Origin: a virus
Lineage: Duplodnaviria; Heunggongvirae; Uroviricota; Caudoviricetes
Direction: 5' to 3' (one strand)
Virus record (IMG/VR): IMGVR_UViG_3300026382_000007
DNA length: 27,241 nucleotides
Positions 8,735-18,402 of this stretch are shown in pieces. The first letter of the stretch is position 1; every line of letters starts with the position of its first letter. Below the pieces are notes generated by a model. That model made no database searches, had not been told where the DNA came from, and was given only the letters and a program-made list of their open reading frames with translations. The position numbers and the translations under genes were made by a program.

Positions 8735-9301
8735 ATGCTACATTATAATCACCAATATGACATTAGTAACGGGATATTTCTTACATTTGATTCTCAGCTA
8801 CAAACAAGATTGCTTCACTCTAGACACGGAGCCTCTGTTCGTGAAAAGGTCAAACCATCATTCCCACATACGAAATACGAGACTATGACTAAAGAAAACT
8901 TCGTCATGACATGTCTATACATTATGTATGACTCGGCTCCGAGTTCGTACCGTGGGATGATCACTGAACTTCACGAAGTTGACCAAAAGCTCGTGAACGA
9001 TTTTAAATATAAGATACTGAATTACAACGACTACATGGGTAGAGATATCAAATTCCTCAAAGAAGAATATGGGAATGCTACATATCAACAAGTTTTCAGG
9101 TCATTGGTTGACAAAAAAGTTGAGTTTTTTACCGTTTGGTTCTTTATAATGTTCAATCCGAACATTAATCGCGACACGATACGAAAATCAAGAAGTTTGG
9201 CTCACTTACTCCGTAAGATTGAGTCATTAATGAAGTTTCTGACATTTAGACAAGAGTCAGTAGAACGAATTGGGGTTCTTTTTAAAGAGCTCGAACTATA
9301 A
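8735..9301 (+). CDS. gp59: Probable gp59-like helicase loader
   Basis: 188 aa, helical and basic; VFRSLVDKKVEFFTVWFF resembles the gp59 C-domain; synteny after the gp33-like gene. Confidence 0.5.
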   Translation: MLHYNHQYDISNGIFLTFDSQLQTRLLHSRHGASVREKVKPSFPHTKYETMTKENFVMTCLYIMYDSAPSSYRGMITELHEVDQKLVNDFKYKILNYNDYMGRDIKFLKEEYGNATYQQVFRSLVDKKVEFFTVWFFIMFNPNINRDTIRKSRSLAHLLRKIESLMKFLTFRQESVERIGVLFKELEL

Positions 9302-9310
9302 GGATAATTT

Positions 9311-10255
9311 ATGAATAAGAATATGGACCATACGATTTGGGCTGAGAGATATAGACCTACTACTTTAGAAGACTTGGTCTTCCCTGAAAAACTCCGTACA
9401 AAGGTTCAGGAATGGATCAATACTGGTGAAATCCCACATATTGGTATATTCGGAAGCATTCCTGGTACAGGAAAGTCAAGCTTACTTTCGGTGTTGATTG
9501 ACACATTACACACTGACACTTGTTGGATTAATGGTTCAAAAAACAACGGTATTGACACAATCCGTGGTGAAATTAGTGGATTTGCTCAAAACATTGCCGT
9601 AACTGGTAACATCAAACTTGTTTGTATTGACGAAGCTGATTATCTTACAGTTCCGGCTCAAGCGACTCTTAGATCTGACCTTGAGTTATATGCTAAGAAT
9701 ACTCGTTTTGCATTTACTGGAAACTTGCCTGAAAAGATCATCCCTCCATTGATGCAAAGACTTCAGGTGTTTGACCTTGATAAGATTTATCAAGAGAACA
9801 AAAAAGAACTTGGTGGTCAAATCTTTCAAAGACTGATCAATATCCTGAATGAGGAAGAAGTTCAGCATAAGGCAAAAGATGTTATGGCGGTCGTTAAGAA
9901 CTTCTATCCGTCTACTCGTGCGATGCTCATGTTCATGGAACAAAATACGGTTGATTCTGTACTTGATGTTGCTGATCTAGCGAAAGCTGATACAGTATTT
10001 GACACACTTATTGAAGCTATGAAAGCCAGAAAGTTTAAAGATGTTAGAACTGCTGTGACTGAACTTATGATTCCGGCTGACTTCTATACTTGGATGTGGA
10101 AAAACATTGATATCTTTGAAATGCCGTCCCAGCCTCAAGTCATTATGTTACTCGCTGAATTCCAAGATAAATCAATGAGAGCAAGCAATAAGCAAATCCC
10201 ACTTATCGCAATGTTGGTAAATATCATACAAGACCCTGATGTCAAATTCGTATAA
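9311..10255 (+). CDS. gp44: Clamp loader AAA+ subunit (T4 gp44/RFC-like)
   Basis: WAERYRP, Walker A PGTGKS, Walker B IDEAD, AQATLR, IIPPLMQRL. Confidence 0.95.
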   Translation: MNKNMDHTIWAERYRPTTLEDLVFPEKLRTKVQEWINTGEIPHIGIFGSIPGTGKSSLLSVLIDTLHTDTCWINGSKNNGIDTIRGEISGFAQNIAVTGNIKLVCIDEADYLTVPAQATLRSDLELYAKNTRFAFTGNLPEKIIPPLMQRLQVFDLDKIYQENKKELGGQIFQRLINILNEEEVQHKAKDVMAVVKNFYPSTRAMLMFMEQNTVDSVLDVADLAKADTVFDTLIEAMKARKFKDVRTAVTELMIPADFYTWMWKNIDIFEMPSQPQVIMLLAEFQDKSMRASNKQIPLIAMLVNIIQDPDVKFV

Positions 10256-10604
10256 ACGATTCATCCAGAGGGTCGGTGAGGAAGGGATTCTCACTGCTGC
10301 TCGGTTTGGGAAGGCGGTTAAAGTCATTGACATAAGGGTGAATGGTGCTGTCAAAAAGCCACTTACCATTTTATTCAACGAAAATCACTTACAAGTTGAA
10401 GATACTCACATTATATTCGAAAGTCATGAAGCTGAGGTTCTTTTCTTACAAGATCTATACTTTGTTCTAGAAGAGTATAGTGAAATTCCCACAAAATCTC
10501 GTATAACCAACGGTCAGAAAGAAGTCACCATCGACCAGCTACTTGCTGAAGCTCGTAAAGATATTCAAAAAACATCACAAGGAGACATTGATGGCGAAAA
10601 ATAG
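10239..10604 (+). CDS. Hypothetical protein
   Basis: 121 aa ORF overlapping both neighbours by a few codons. Confidence 0.65.
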   Translation: MSNSYKRFIQRVGEEGILTAARFGKAVKVIDIRVNGAVKKPLTILFNENHLQVEDTHIIFESHEAEVLFLQDLYFVLEEYSEIPTKSRITNGQKEVTIDQLLAEARKDIQKTSQGDIDGEK

Positions 10605-11508
10605 TATGATTGACAGATTGTCAAAAAACAAAGCACTCAAAGAGAGTGTATTCACTAAGAATCAAGATGCTGAAATTGATTTCATCAACACGGGAGCACT
10701 GGTGCTTAATGTGTTATTCTCTGGCCGTTTACAAGGCGGAATTCCTGTTGGGAAGATCAGTTCAATTGCTGCTCCTTCAAGCTTAGGAAAGTCATTTGTT
10801 GGTATGAAAATTGCCAAAAACGCACAGAAAAAGGGTAAAGACTGGATTGTCATTTACATGGACACGGAAATGGCATTTGATTTTGATTTTGCTGATTCAA
10901 TTGGGATTGATCTTGATAGATTGCTGGTTATTCAAAATAACCACATTGAAGAAGTTCAAAAACAAATCATGGCAGTTACCGCTGAGTTCTCAAAAGAAGA
11001 ACGAAAAAAGGTTCTGATTGTTGTAGATTCATGGGGCGGTCTAGTTACCTCAAAAACTGTAGACGATGCCAAAACTGGTAAAGATGTTACGGATATGACT
11101 GTTGCTAAGAAAAAGAATACATTATCAAAACTAATGACTTCTTTGGGTGTTACTATTTTTGTTGTTAATCAAGTTTATGATTGTCAAGTTGCTGGTACTA
11201 TGGTAAAAACTGACTCCGGTGAGAAAGCAATTGAGGTGTTGAAAGAGGGAGACAAAGTTTTAACGACTGATGGTTTTCAAGATGTCTTAGAAACAGTTGA
11301 ACACGAGGATGCTCATATTTTTGAAATTGAGTTGGAAGATGGTTCAACGATAAAATGTACTGAGGGTCATAAGTTCATTATTAGAAATACATTGACTGAT
11401 TCTTTGGAATGGATCCCTGCAGGTGCTCTGTCCGAAAATATGGAAATTCTATGTGAAAGTGATTTAGAAGAGATAAAATCTAAAGAACTCGCCGAATATA
11501 CCTTGTAA
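10591..11508 (+). CDS. uvsX: UvsX/RecA recombinase N-terminal part fused to split intein N-half (IntN)
   Basis: GGAG RBS and ATG 10591; INTGALVLN, Walker A APSSLGKS, DTE, VDSWGGL, VNQVYD, then intein block A (CQVAGTMV) and block B (CTEGHKF); TAA at 11506-11508. Confidence 0.92.
   Translation: MAKNSMIDRLSKNKALKESVFTKNQDAEIDFINTGALVLNVLFSGRLQGGIPVGKISSIAAPSSLGKSFVGMKIAKNAQKKGKDWIVIYMDTEMAFDFDFADSIGIDLDRLLVIQNNHIEEVQKQIMAVTAEFSKEERKKVLIVVDSWGGLVTSKTVDDAKTGKDVTDMTVAKKKNTLSKLMTSLGVTIFVVNQVYDCQVAGTMVKTDSGEKAIEVLKEGDKVLTTDGFQDVLETVEHEDAHIFEIELEDGSTIKCTEGHKFIIRNTLTDSLEWIPAGALSENMEILCESDLEEIKSKELAEYTL
11182..11505 (+). mobile_element. Split intein N-fragment (108 aa)
   Basis: Starts with Cys1; I..LK.GDKVLT, FEIELEDGSTIKCTEGHKF, W..A..L HINT motifs; ends in an acidic tail and stop. 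Confidence 0.9.
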
Positions 11509-11975
11509 ATTTCATTATCATCATCTACGAAGGGGAAAACATATGATGAAATCTACGGTGATGATGAGTTCATTAGAAACAAGAAAATTGCTATGAGTGA
11601 AAAACAGAAAGGTGTTAAAAAGACACAAGAAGTTATTCAGCGAATGGTAAATAATCATTGGTCATTGAGGATGAAAAATACTTGGTCTTCGTATAAGAAA
11701 GGTTCCAAGCTCTCTGATGAAACTATTCGAAAAATATCGGATGGGACAAAGTTGTTTTGGGACAATGATGATGAACTTAAAAAGAAGTTTTCGGAAAGAA
11801 ACAAGGGCTCGAAAAATCCAAATTTTGGGAAAAAGCACACTGATGAAGCTAAGAAAAAATGTCAGAAGCTTCAAAGGTATTGGTAAAATGTCCTCACTGT
11901 GGGACAGAAACAACAAGAGGTCCGGCAAAAAGATGGCACTTCGAAAATTGTAAAAGGAAATGTGATGAAAATTAA
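11509..11975 (+). pseudogene. Degenerate homing-endonuclease remnant (NUMOD3 repeats plus CPHC Zn finger), frameshifted, no catalytic domain
   Basis: KGKTYDEIYG, KLSDETIRKIS, KNPNFGKKHTDEAKKK; one extra A in the run at 11854-11859 continues as MSEASKVLVKCPHCGTETTRGPAKRWHFENCK, stop 11973-11975. Confidence 0.75.
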
Positions 11976-12069
11976 AAAAATAAAACAACTCAAAGACAGG
12001 GAAAATGTATATGATATAAGAACTGAAAGTCATAACTACATTATGACTAATGGTGTGGTATCACATAAC
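11965..12069 (+). mobile_element. Split intein C-fragment (35 aa)
   Basis: Block F VYDI..ESHNY, block G NGVVSHN, +1 Thr; basic N-terminus. Confidence 0.92.
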
Positions 12070-12552
12070 ACGATGGACCAATATAACCCATTAGCAATTG
12101 CAGGTGGTCGTGGTTTATACTTTGCTTGTTCAAGCATTGTACTTGGTTCTTCAAAATCAAGACATAAGGCTACACAATCAGATACTGAAGTTCTGGGAGC
12201 ATTGATCTTAGCAACTACTAAAAAGTCACGGTTCTGTAAAGAACTCACGAAACTCAGATATCTAATCAAGTATGAGGGCGGAATTCATCCTTACTACGGG
12301 CTTATGGAAGATGCACTAGAGGGCGGTTATATTGACAAGCCATCTATGGGCTACTATTCACGACCTTGTGTAACTGGTGATAAAAAGTGGCGAGAAAGAG
12401 AGGTATGGGACAATGCTAAAGAGTTCTGGACACCGATCTTAACTGACACCGATTTCGCTTGGTACATCGAGAAAAAGTACACATTTATGCATTCACAGCT
12501 AGATGATGAAGACTTTGACATCGATATGGCTAAATTACCAAAGTCTGAGTAA
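11965..12552 (+). CDS. uvsX: Split intein C-half (IntC) fused to UvsX/RecA C-terminal part
   Basis: AAAGGA RBS and ATG 11965; MKIKKIK...VYDIRTESHNYIMTNGVVSHN/T, then MDQYNPLAIAGGRGLYFACS, KKSRF, GGIHPYYGL typical of UvsX. Confidence 0.92.
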   Translation: MKIKKIKQLKDRENVYDIRTESHNYIMTNGVVSHNTMDQYNPLAIAGGRGLYFACSSIVLGSSKSRHKATQSDTEVLGALILATTKKSRFCKELTKLRYLIKYEGGIHPYYGLMEDALEGGYIDKPSMGYYSRPCVTGDKKWREREVWDNAKEFWTPILTDTDFAWYIEKKYTFMHSQLDDEDFDIDMAKLPKSE

Positions 12553-12555
12553 CTT

Positions 12556-12587
12556 TAAGCAAGCTCTAAGCTTGTTTTAGGTATAAT
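12556..12587 (+). promoter_or_regulatory. Repeated phage promoter, copy 4
   Basis: TAAGC(12556)-N6-TAAGC(12567)-N10-TATAAT(12582). Confidence 0.85.
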
Positions 12588-12617
12588 ATAGTATATCAAA
12601 AGTAAAAAGGCACTAAG

Positions 12618-12821
12618 GTGACTGAAAACAAATTTAACAAAATGTTACAATCACTGGGCTTCATCACCCAGGAGTTAGAAGCGGATGGAATGGAAGTTGA
12701 TGATTCAATTGTTTATGAAATTGCTGCTAATGTGATGAGAGAATACTCCGGTGTTGAAAAATACCTTTTGGATAAGTTTGGTGTCAGTGATGCACAGTGC
12801 TGGATTGCAGATAGAATTTAA
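12618..12821 (+). CDS. Hypothetical acidic protein
   Basis: 67 aa, GTG start after promoter and AAAGG. Confidence 0.7.
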   Translation: MTENKFNKMLQSLGFITQELEADGMEVDDSIVYEIAANVMREYSGVEKYLLDKFGVSDAQCWIADRI

Positions 12822-12840
12822 TTAAACGCAAGGAGTCAAT

Positions 12841-13218
12841 ATGACTAAAGATTTATCAAGAGTAGAAGCAAAACTGGATCTAATTTTCGGAATGTTCAGT
12901 AACCAACTAATGAGTGCACAAGCAATTGAGGCATTTCAAGCTACTCAGGACAAAGAAGACGATCAGTCTAAAGAGATCAATGCGAAAGCTGAAAGTGCTT
13001 TTAAACATCACAACAAAAATATGATGGACTCAGTTGACTATTACATCACACTATTCGGTGTCGATGCAAATGCGAAACTTGTTGATCTGTTAAAAGATGC
13101 TGGATATGGTGCTAAAAATGAGGCTCCAACTGAATCTGATGTTGCTAATGAGCCTGGGCTTGAAGTAGCTAACGATGTTAAGGCATCTGGCTCACATAAA
13201 TCAGAAACGGTTGAATAA
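12841..13218 (+). CDS. Hypothetical protein
   Basis: 125 aa, AAGGAG RBS. Confidence 0.75.
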   Translation: MTKDLSRVEAKLDLIFGMFSNQLMSAQAIEAFQATQDKEDDQSKEINAKAESAFKHHNKNMMDSVDYYITLFGVDANAKLVDLLKDAGYGAKNEAPTESDVANEPGLEVANDVKASGSHKSETVE

Positions 13219-13685
13219 TGACTGAACTTGATGAATGGGGAATTGAGGTTTATAATGAGCCTATAATCGAAGATTATGTTCCTGAAAAGAAAAGGGGGAA
13301 GTCTGTTTTTGACATTATGATGTCAGCTTTTAACAAAAAGTTCAAACCAACACAAGTTGAAAAAGAATCTATCCCTGAATTCTTGTTTCATCAAATTCTA
13401 TCTAACGACCCACAAACGGTGCAACTTGCACTGATGTTCACGACTCATCAAATTCCTGTTGCTAAGCAATGGGATATGGTCAATGAGTTACTTGGAAAGT
13501 GTTATATAGCTTATCCCAAGAAAACGAAAGTTGACACTGATGATTTGAATATCATCAGTGACTTTTATAATTGTTCACTCCGTGTGGCTGAACAATACTG
13601 TGGTCTTTTAACTACAGTCCAAATCAACGATATAATCGAGCGATCACAAACTGGTCACTTGAAAACTAAAAAAGGCAAGAAATGA
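13218..13685 (+). CDS. gp62: Clamp loader small subunit (T4 gp62-like)
   Basis: ISDFYNCSLRVAEQYCGLLT..QINDI resembles the gp62 C-terminal pattern; gp44 is in the window. Confidence 0.7.
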   Translation: MTELDEWGIEVYNEPIIEDYVPEKKRGKSVFDIMMSAFNKKFKPTQVEKESIPEFLFHQILSNDPQTVQLALMFTTHQIPVAKQWDMVNELLGKCYIAYPKKTKVDTDDLNIISDFYNCSLRVAEQYCGLLTTVQINDIIERSQTGHLKTKKGKK

Positions 13686-14656
13686 ATGAGTATATAAATT
13701 TATCACACAATGACATGGATGGGGCTGGTTGTAATATCGTCCTAAGATCTAGATATCCGGATATGAAAACGATCCACTCTAGCTACAATGATATCATTGA
13801 GAACCTTGAACTGATAGATGAAAATATGGACCACCGTGTTAAGGCAATGTTCATCACTGACTTGAACTTCGATGTACCATCATTTATTCAGCTTGCAAAA
13901 GTTATTTCACGGAATCCTGGTGTGAAATTCGTTTATATCGACCACCACCCTTATGAGGGTGCAGTTGGTGAGATCTTTGAAAAGATCAAAAAACTTCCAA
14001 ACTTCATCGTTGTACATGAAATTGGCAAATCAGCTACTAAATTATGTTATGAGACTATTAAGTCAGATGATGTAGAACTTGGTAAACTGGTTGATTATAT
14101 CAACGCATTTGATATTTGGCTCGAAACTCAAGATCCTAAGAACTTCAAAGTTGGTTGGTTTCTAAATACAATCTTCTGGGAACTTAAAATGTCAGGGTTT
14201 AAGTCAAATCTCATTAAAAATGACTACAAGATTCCTAAGTTTTTCAAGACTATGTATGCTGATCAGGTTGAAGATAAAAATAAGTACATTGAAAAGATGA
14301 AAGGGAACGGTTTACTGATTGAAGATGAAGAAAACTCAGTGTTGATCGCATTCAGTGATAAGTACAAATCATGGTTCCAAAATGACTTTCCTGATTATGT
14401 TGTACACATTCTTCCTTATGTGAGTAAGAATAACATCTCAGTCAGAATCTCAAATACCCCCGAAGTAACTTGGGCAAAAGAGATGAAAGAAGAGATGGTT
14501 GCATTCATTCAGTCTTATCCTTACACGATGAGCTGTGGTGGTCATGAACACGCATTCGGTTCAGCTATTGAACCAGATGCTCCTAAAGAAGATATCTTTG
14601 CTCTAATTGAGGGCTTATCTGAAATTGCTGGTACATATTTACGAAAACACCAGTAA
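13682..14656 (+). CDS. DHH family phosphoesterase
   Basis: SHNDMDGAGC, ITDL, IDHH, GGH motifs. Confidence 0.85.
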   Translation: MNEYINLSHNDMDGAGCNIVLRSRYPDMKTIHSSYNDIIENLELIDENMDHRVKAMFITDLNFDVPSFIQLAKVISRNPGVKFVYIDHHPYEGAVGEIFEKIKKLPNFIVVHEIGKSATKLCYETIKSDDVELGKLVDYINAFDIWLETQDPKNFKVGWFLNTIFWELKMSGFKSNLIKNDYKIPKFFKTMYADQVEDKNKYIEKMKGNGLLIEDEENSVLIAFSDKYKSWFQNDFPDYVVHILPYVSKNNISVRISNTPEVTWAKEMKEEMVAFIQSYPYTMSCGGHEHAFGSAIEPDAPKEDIFALIEGLSEIAGTYLRKHQ

Positions 14657-14658
14657 TT

Positions 14659-14690
14659 TAAGCTTATTCTAAGCTGATGTACGACATAAT
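14659..14690 (+). promoter_or_regulatory. Repeated phage promoter, copy 5 (CATAAT variant), upstream of the helicase
   Basis: TAAGC(14659)-N6-TAAGC(14670)-N10-CATAAT(14685). Confidence 0.75.
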
Positions 14691-14715
14691 ATAAAATATA
14701 AACAAAGGCTTATGA

Positions 14716-16092
14716 ATGACAGAAGTTATACTTAAAAATCTGGTGACAAACGGTGAGTATTTTGCCAAAGTGTACCAGCACATCAAACCAGAACATTTTG
14801 AGTCATCAGAGCAAATTGAAATATTCAATGCTATGCACGACTATGTTTTAAAGTATGATGCGCAACCAAATATCAAGGAACTGGGCTTATTCATCAAGAA
14901 TACGGCAAAGTTAAGTGATTCACAGCGACAAGATGTCATTGTTGAATATAAATCAGTTATGACTGAGGCTCCAGTTGAAAATGAAGAGTTCTTACTTGAA
15001 GAGACTGAGAAGTATATTCAAAAGATGGAACTATCGGATGCTATTTTCCGGTCAGCTGAGATCATAGAACAAGATATGCCGTTTGAGGGTGTTATCGGTT
15101 TAGTTGAGAATGCACTTAGTGTGACATTTGACACTGATACTGGTATGAACTTCGGTATGTCAGCGGAAGATCGCTTCGCCTACTACACACAAACAATTAC
15201 AGGGTTTAAGCTTGGAATTCGTTCAGTGGATATAGCACTTGGTGGTGGACTCCGTAGAAAGACATTGAATGTAGCAGTTGCTCCATCACACGGTGGTAAA
15301 TCAGCATTACTGGTTGCCTCTGCTGCGGAACAATACTTACAAAAAGAAGATGTGCTCTTCGTTTCACTTGAAATGCCTGAGAATGAGATCGCTCGTCGTA
15401 TTGATGCGAATCTACTTAATGTTCAGGCAAATGATTTAGGTAAAATGCGAAGAGATGAATATACTTCTCGTTTATCTAAAATTGATAAGGATGCTGGTCG
15501 TATAGTTGTAAAAGATTACTCAGCTGGTACATTTAGTGTTTTAACACTAAAATCATTACTATCTGAGCTCAATTCAAAAGACGGATTCGATCCATCAGTG
15601 ATCATCATAGATTACATCGGTTTAATGGCTTCGTCAAGGGTTTCACTGGCTCAGTCAGGCGGATCATATGCATATTTCAAGGCTATTGCTGAGGAATTAC
15701 ATGGTTTCGCAAAGAAATTTGACAAAGCCCTTTTCACAGCAGCACAGTTGAATCGTGGTGCTTATGATAATCTGGATTCAGGTCTTGATTCAATTGCCGA
15801 CAGTTTGGGTGTTATTCAGACTGCCGATACGGTTATTGCGATTTTGTCTAATGGACAGCTTCGTGAGTACAATCAAGCTTTATTCAAGTTCTTGAAAAAC
15901 AGAAATACTGGTAAACTGACATCGCATCTTGTTGAGGTTGACTTCGGAACAACGAGGTACACGGATCTAGATGATGGCCCAACAACTGCTTCAGGTGATC
16001 AAAAGGATGCTATGGAATCACTAAATAGTTCAGTTCTCCAGGCAGCAGTTGATAAGAACAAGCCAAAAGAAAATATCATGAATTTCGATTAG
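14716..16092 (+). CDS. gp41: Replicative helicase (T4 gp41/DnaB-like)
   Basis: APSHGGKS, SLEM.E..IARRIDAN, IIDYIGLM, IAEELHG, TAAQLNR, KNR motifs. Confidence 0.95.
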   Translation: MTEVILKNLVTNGEYFAKVYQHIKPEHFESSEQIEIFNAMHDYVLKYDAQPNIKELGLFIKNTAKLSDSQRQDVIVEYKSVMTEAPVENEEFLLEETEKYIQKMELSDAIFRSAEIIEQDMPFEGVIGLVENALSVTFDTDTGMNFGMSAEDRFAYYTQTITGFKLGIRSVDIALGGGLRRKTLNVAVAPSHGGKSALLVASAAEQYLQKEDVLFVSLEMPENEIARRIDANLLNVQANDLGKMRRDEYTSRLSKIDKDAGRIVVKDYSAGTFSVLTLKSLLSELNSKDGFDPSVIIIDYIGLMASSRVSLAQSGGSYAYFKAIAEELHGFAKKFDKALFTAAQLNRGAYDNLDSGLDSIADSLGVIQTADTVIAILSNGQLREYNQALFKFLKNRNTGKLTSHLVEVDFGTTRYTDLDDGPTTASGDQKDAMESLNSSVLQAAVDKNKPKENIMNFD

Positions 16093-16100
16093 GAGGAATT

Positions 16101-16364
16101 ATGTTAAAATTATATATTAAGATCTGGAAGCTTTATGGCTTCTGGCATATCGTGAAAAACTTCACAGCTTACTTCAAAGTCTTTAATGGGCTCCAGGTTA
16201 TGGCTGAGAAGTTCAATGTTCTCAAAGAGTGGAACCAATTCAAAAGTCACACAAATGTCGGTAAAAACTTCACATATCTGAACCTTATGCAGTTAAAATA
16301 CCAACTTGAATCTCAAAAAGGTATCAATTATCAAAAGAAACTTAGATTTCTTACAAAGGTGTAA
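16101..16364 (+). CDS. Hypothetical basic protein
   Basis: 87 aa, AGGAGG RBS. Confidence 0.7.
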   Translation: MLKLYIKIWKLYGFWHIVKNFTAYFKVFNGLQVMAEKFNVLKEWNQFKSHTNVGKNFTYLNLMQLKYQLESQKGINYQKKLRFLTKV

Positions 16365-16366
16365 CT

Positions 16367-16762
16367 ATGTTGATAAAAAGTATAGATATTGATAATATCT
16401 GGAAGTTCCCATTCGGGACTCAGGTATTCATCAAACAAAATCAACTAGATAAAGCTGATCCTGATTTATCTGAGGGTTGGTTCACTTACACGGCAAGAGA
16501 CCAAGAACTCGGTGAGTTATTCGTTGATACTTATGGTGAACTATTTTGGAGTTCAGGTGAACTTTCTGGCGACACGGTTAAGATTGAGACTCAGGAAACT
16601 GAAGATTTAGTCAAAATGTTCGTGAAAGGGCTTACAGCTTACACCATCAGTCTACACGAAGAACCAATCATGCATGCGGAAACTATCGCATACAATGCCG
16701 TCACAACTAAAAACATGCTTGCACTACAAGAGCTATTTGAAAACGATATTAATCCGGATTAA
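16367..16762 (+). CDS. Hypothetical protein
   Basis: 131 aa, AAGG RBS. Confidence 0.7.
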   Translation: MLIKSIDIDNIWKFPFGTQVFIKQNQLDKADPDLSEGWFTYTARDQELGELFVDTYGELFWSSGELSGDTVKIETQETEDLVKMFVKGLTAYTISLHEEPIMHAETIAYNAVTTKNMLALQELFENDINPD

Positions 16763-16791
16763 GCTGGTTCTAAGCAAGATTACGGTATAAT
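16760..16791 (+). promoter_or_regulatory. Repeated phage promoter, copy 6, upstream of the polymerase N-half
   Basis: TAAGC(16760)-N6-TAAGC(16771)-N10-TATAAT(16786); the first TAA is the upstream stop codon. Confidence 0.85.
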
Positions 16792-16810
16792 ACTCTCATA
16801 AAGGATTACC

Positions 16811-18325
16811 ATGGCAAAACAATATGAAATGTCTTGGAGAAGTGGTACTGACTACTTCTGTAGAACAAGAGATACTGAAACAAATGAAGTCAGTTTTGAA
16901 AAGATAGACCCTGAATGGGAGTTTTATGAAAGATCTAACGGTGGTGAGTTTTCATCACTACTGGACAAATCAGTTCAACTACAACCTCGTATTTTCAATG
17001 ATACAAAATCTCAAAAAGAGTACACTGGTATGATGGACACTTTGGGTCGCGAAGTATTTGGTGGACAAAGACCTGAATACCATCACATTCGTAAAAACTA
17101 TTGGAACAATGGTCTTGTAAGTGAAATGAGAATCTGGTTCTTCGATATTGAAGTAATTAAAGCTGGTGATTATGCATTCCCTGATGCCCAAAAGGCTGAA
17201 AAGCCAGTTACACAAATTCAGATACTAGATTCTTACACTGATAAGATTATCATCATTAGTACGGATAATATGAAAGAGCCTGAGAAGTTCAAGAAATGGG
17301 GAGACCAACTGGTTTTCAAATATGTTGAATCTGAAAAAGCTCTTTTTAATATGTTCTTCAAATTACTTGAGGGGCTGAAGCCTACTGTGCTCACCGCATG
17401 GGGTGGTGACAACTTTGACTTTCCATACTTAACACACCGTGCCATGAAATTAGATGGTGTGAATTATCGTCGTCTTAGCCCTATTAATAAGGTCAGTCAG
17501 ATCCGTTCAATGGGTACTGATAAGAACTATAAATGGGAGGGATTGTACTTAATTGATATGATGGAAGCCTATAAGAAGTTCACATTTACACCGCAAACTT
17601 CGTACAGTCTTGATAACATTGCTAAAGAAGAACTTGGTCTCGGTGAGGGAAAAGTGAACTATGGTGAATTCGATAACATTATTGATTTTCATGATAATGA
17701 TATTGATAAGTTCCTTGAGTATTCTATCATGGATGTTGTAATTCTTAAAAAGCTTGAAGATAAAATCAAGCTTGTCGCTCTTATGCAAATCCTGTCAGTA
17801 ATGATGGGATGTAATATGGAAGACTCGATGGGGACGGTTAATCCTTGGACTCAATACCTGACAAATCTCGGTTATGAGAAACAACTGGTTATGCCGTACA
17901 ATAAACACGGTTCACTGGATAAGACAATTATCGGTGGATATGTCCGTGACCCGAAAAAAGGTAAACATGAATGGTTGGCTTCAATCGATGTCAACTCAAT
18001 GTATCCTCTATTAGGAATGCGTGCTTTCAATATGAGCCCCGAAACTTATATCGAAGAATACAAAATGCCAGCTGATCTTTTAGCTCTGAGAAACAGACTT
18101 CATACTCACGAAGATGAGAATGTTTATCTTGATGAAAGTCTACTTGAAGAGATTAAAGAAATGTGTCACAAATATGATGTGGCTTATGGTATGAATGCTT
18201 TCTTTATGAGAGATGAGGAAGGAATTATCCCTGAAAGGGTTGCTGACATTTACTCAACTCGTAAAGAAGCCAAACGAAAAATGCTTATGTATAAAGCATT
18301 CAAAGCTCGACTCAAGGTGACATAA
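16811..18325 (+). CDS. gp43: Family B DNA polymerase N-terminal half (gp43A: exonuclease, motif A, first fingers helix)
   Basis: ExoI FFDIEV, ExoII FDFPY, SYSLDNIA, ExoIII YSIMDV, GGYV, motif A DVNSMYP, GIIP..V..IY..RK..K, then stop. Confidence 0.95.
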   Translation: MAKQYEMSWRSGTDYFCRTRDTETNEVSFEKIDPEWEFYERSNGGEFSSLLDKSVQLQPRIFNDTKSQKEYTGMMDTLGREVFGGQRPEYHHIRKNYWNNGLVSEMRIWFFDIEVIKAGDYAFPDAQKAEKPVTQIQILDSYTDKIIIISTDNMKEPEKFKKWGDQLVFKYVESEKALFNMFFKLLEGLKPTVLTAWGGDNFDFPYLTHRAMKLDGVNYRRLSPINKVSQIRSMGTDKNYKWEGLYLIDMMEAYKKFTFTPQTSYSLDNIAKEELGLGEGKVNYGEFDNIIDFHDNDIDKFLEYSIMDVVILKKLEDKIKLVALMQILSVMMGCNMEDSMGTVNPWTQYLTNLGYEKQLVMPYNKHGSLDKTIIGGYVRDPKKGKHEWLASIDVNSMYPLLGMRAFNMSPETYIEEYKMPADLLALRNRLHTHEDENVYLDESLLEEIKEMCHKYDVAYGMNAFFMRDEEGIIPERVADIYSTRKEAKRKMLMYKAFKARLKVT

Positions 18326-18402
18326 TGACTTAGTATCAATGGGCGGATGTCTATTTTTTAATGATCTTCGGTGGAGGCGGTGGAGACTTTTCTTTCGATA
18401 TT

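Noticed and set aside
10543-10590. TTG start for uvsX at 10543 (and GTG 11899 for the C-half)
   Set aside because: Better RBS-ATG pairs exist at 10591 and 11965; the upstream extensions overlap other coding frames
11506-11886. Contiguous intein read through two in-frame TAA codons (stop recoding)
   Set aside because: TAA is the main stop codon throughout the window, IntC has its own RBS and ATG, and the shared frame results from the 1-nt loss in the endonuclease remnant
11717-11953. Alternative + strand ORFs (also 10811-11017 and 21550-21777)
   Set aside because: Off-frame overlaps inside better supported coding regions, with no motifs
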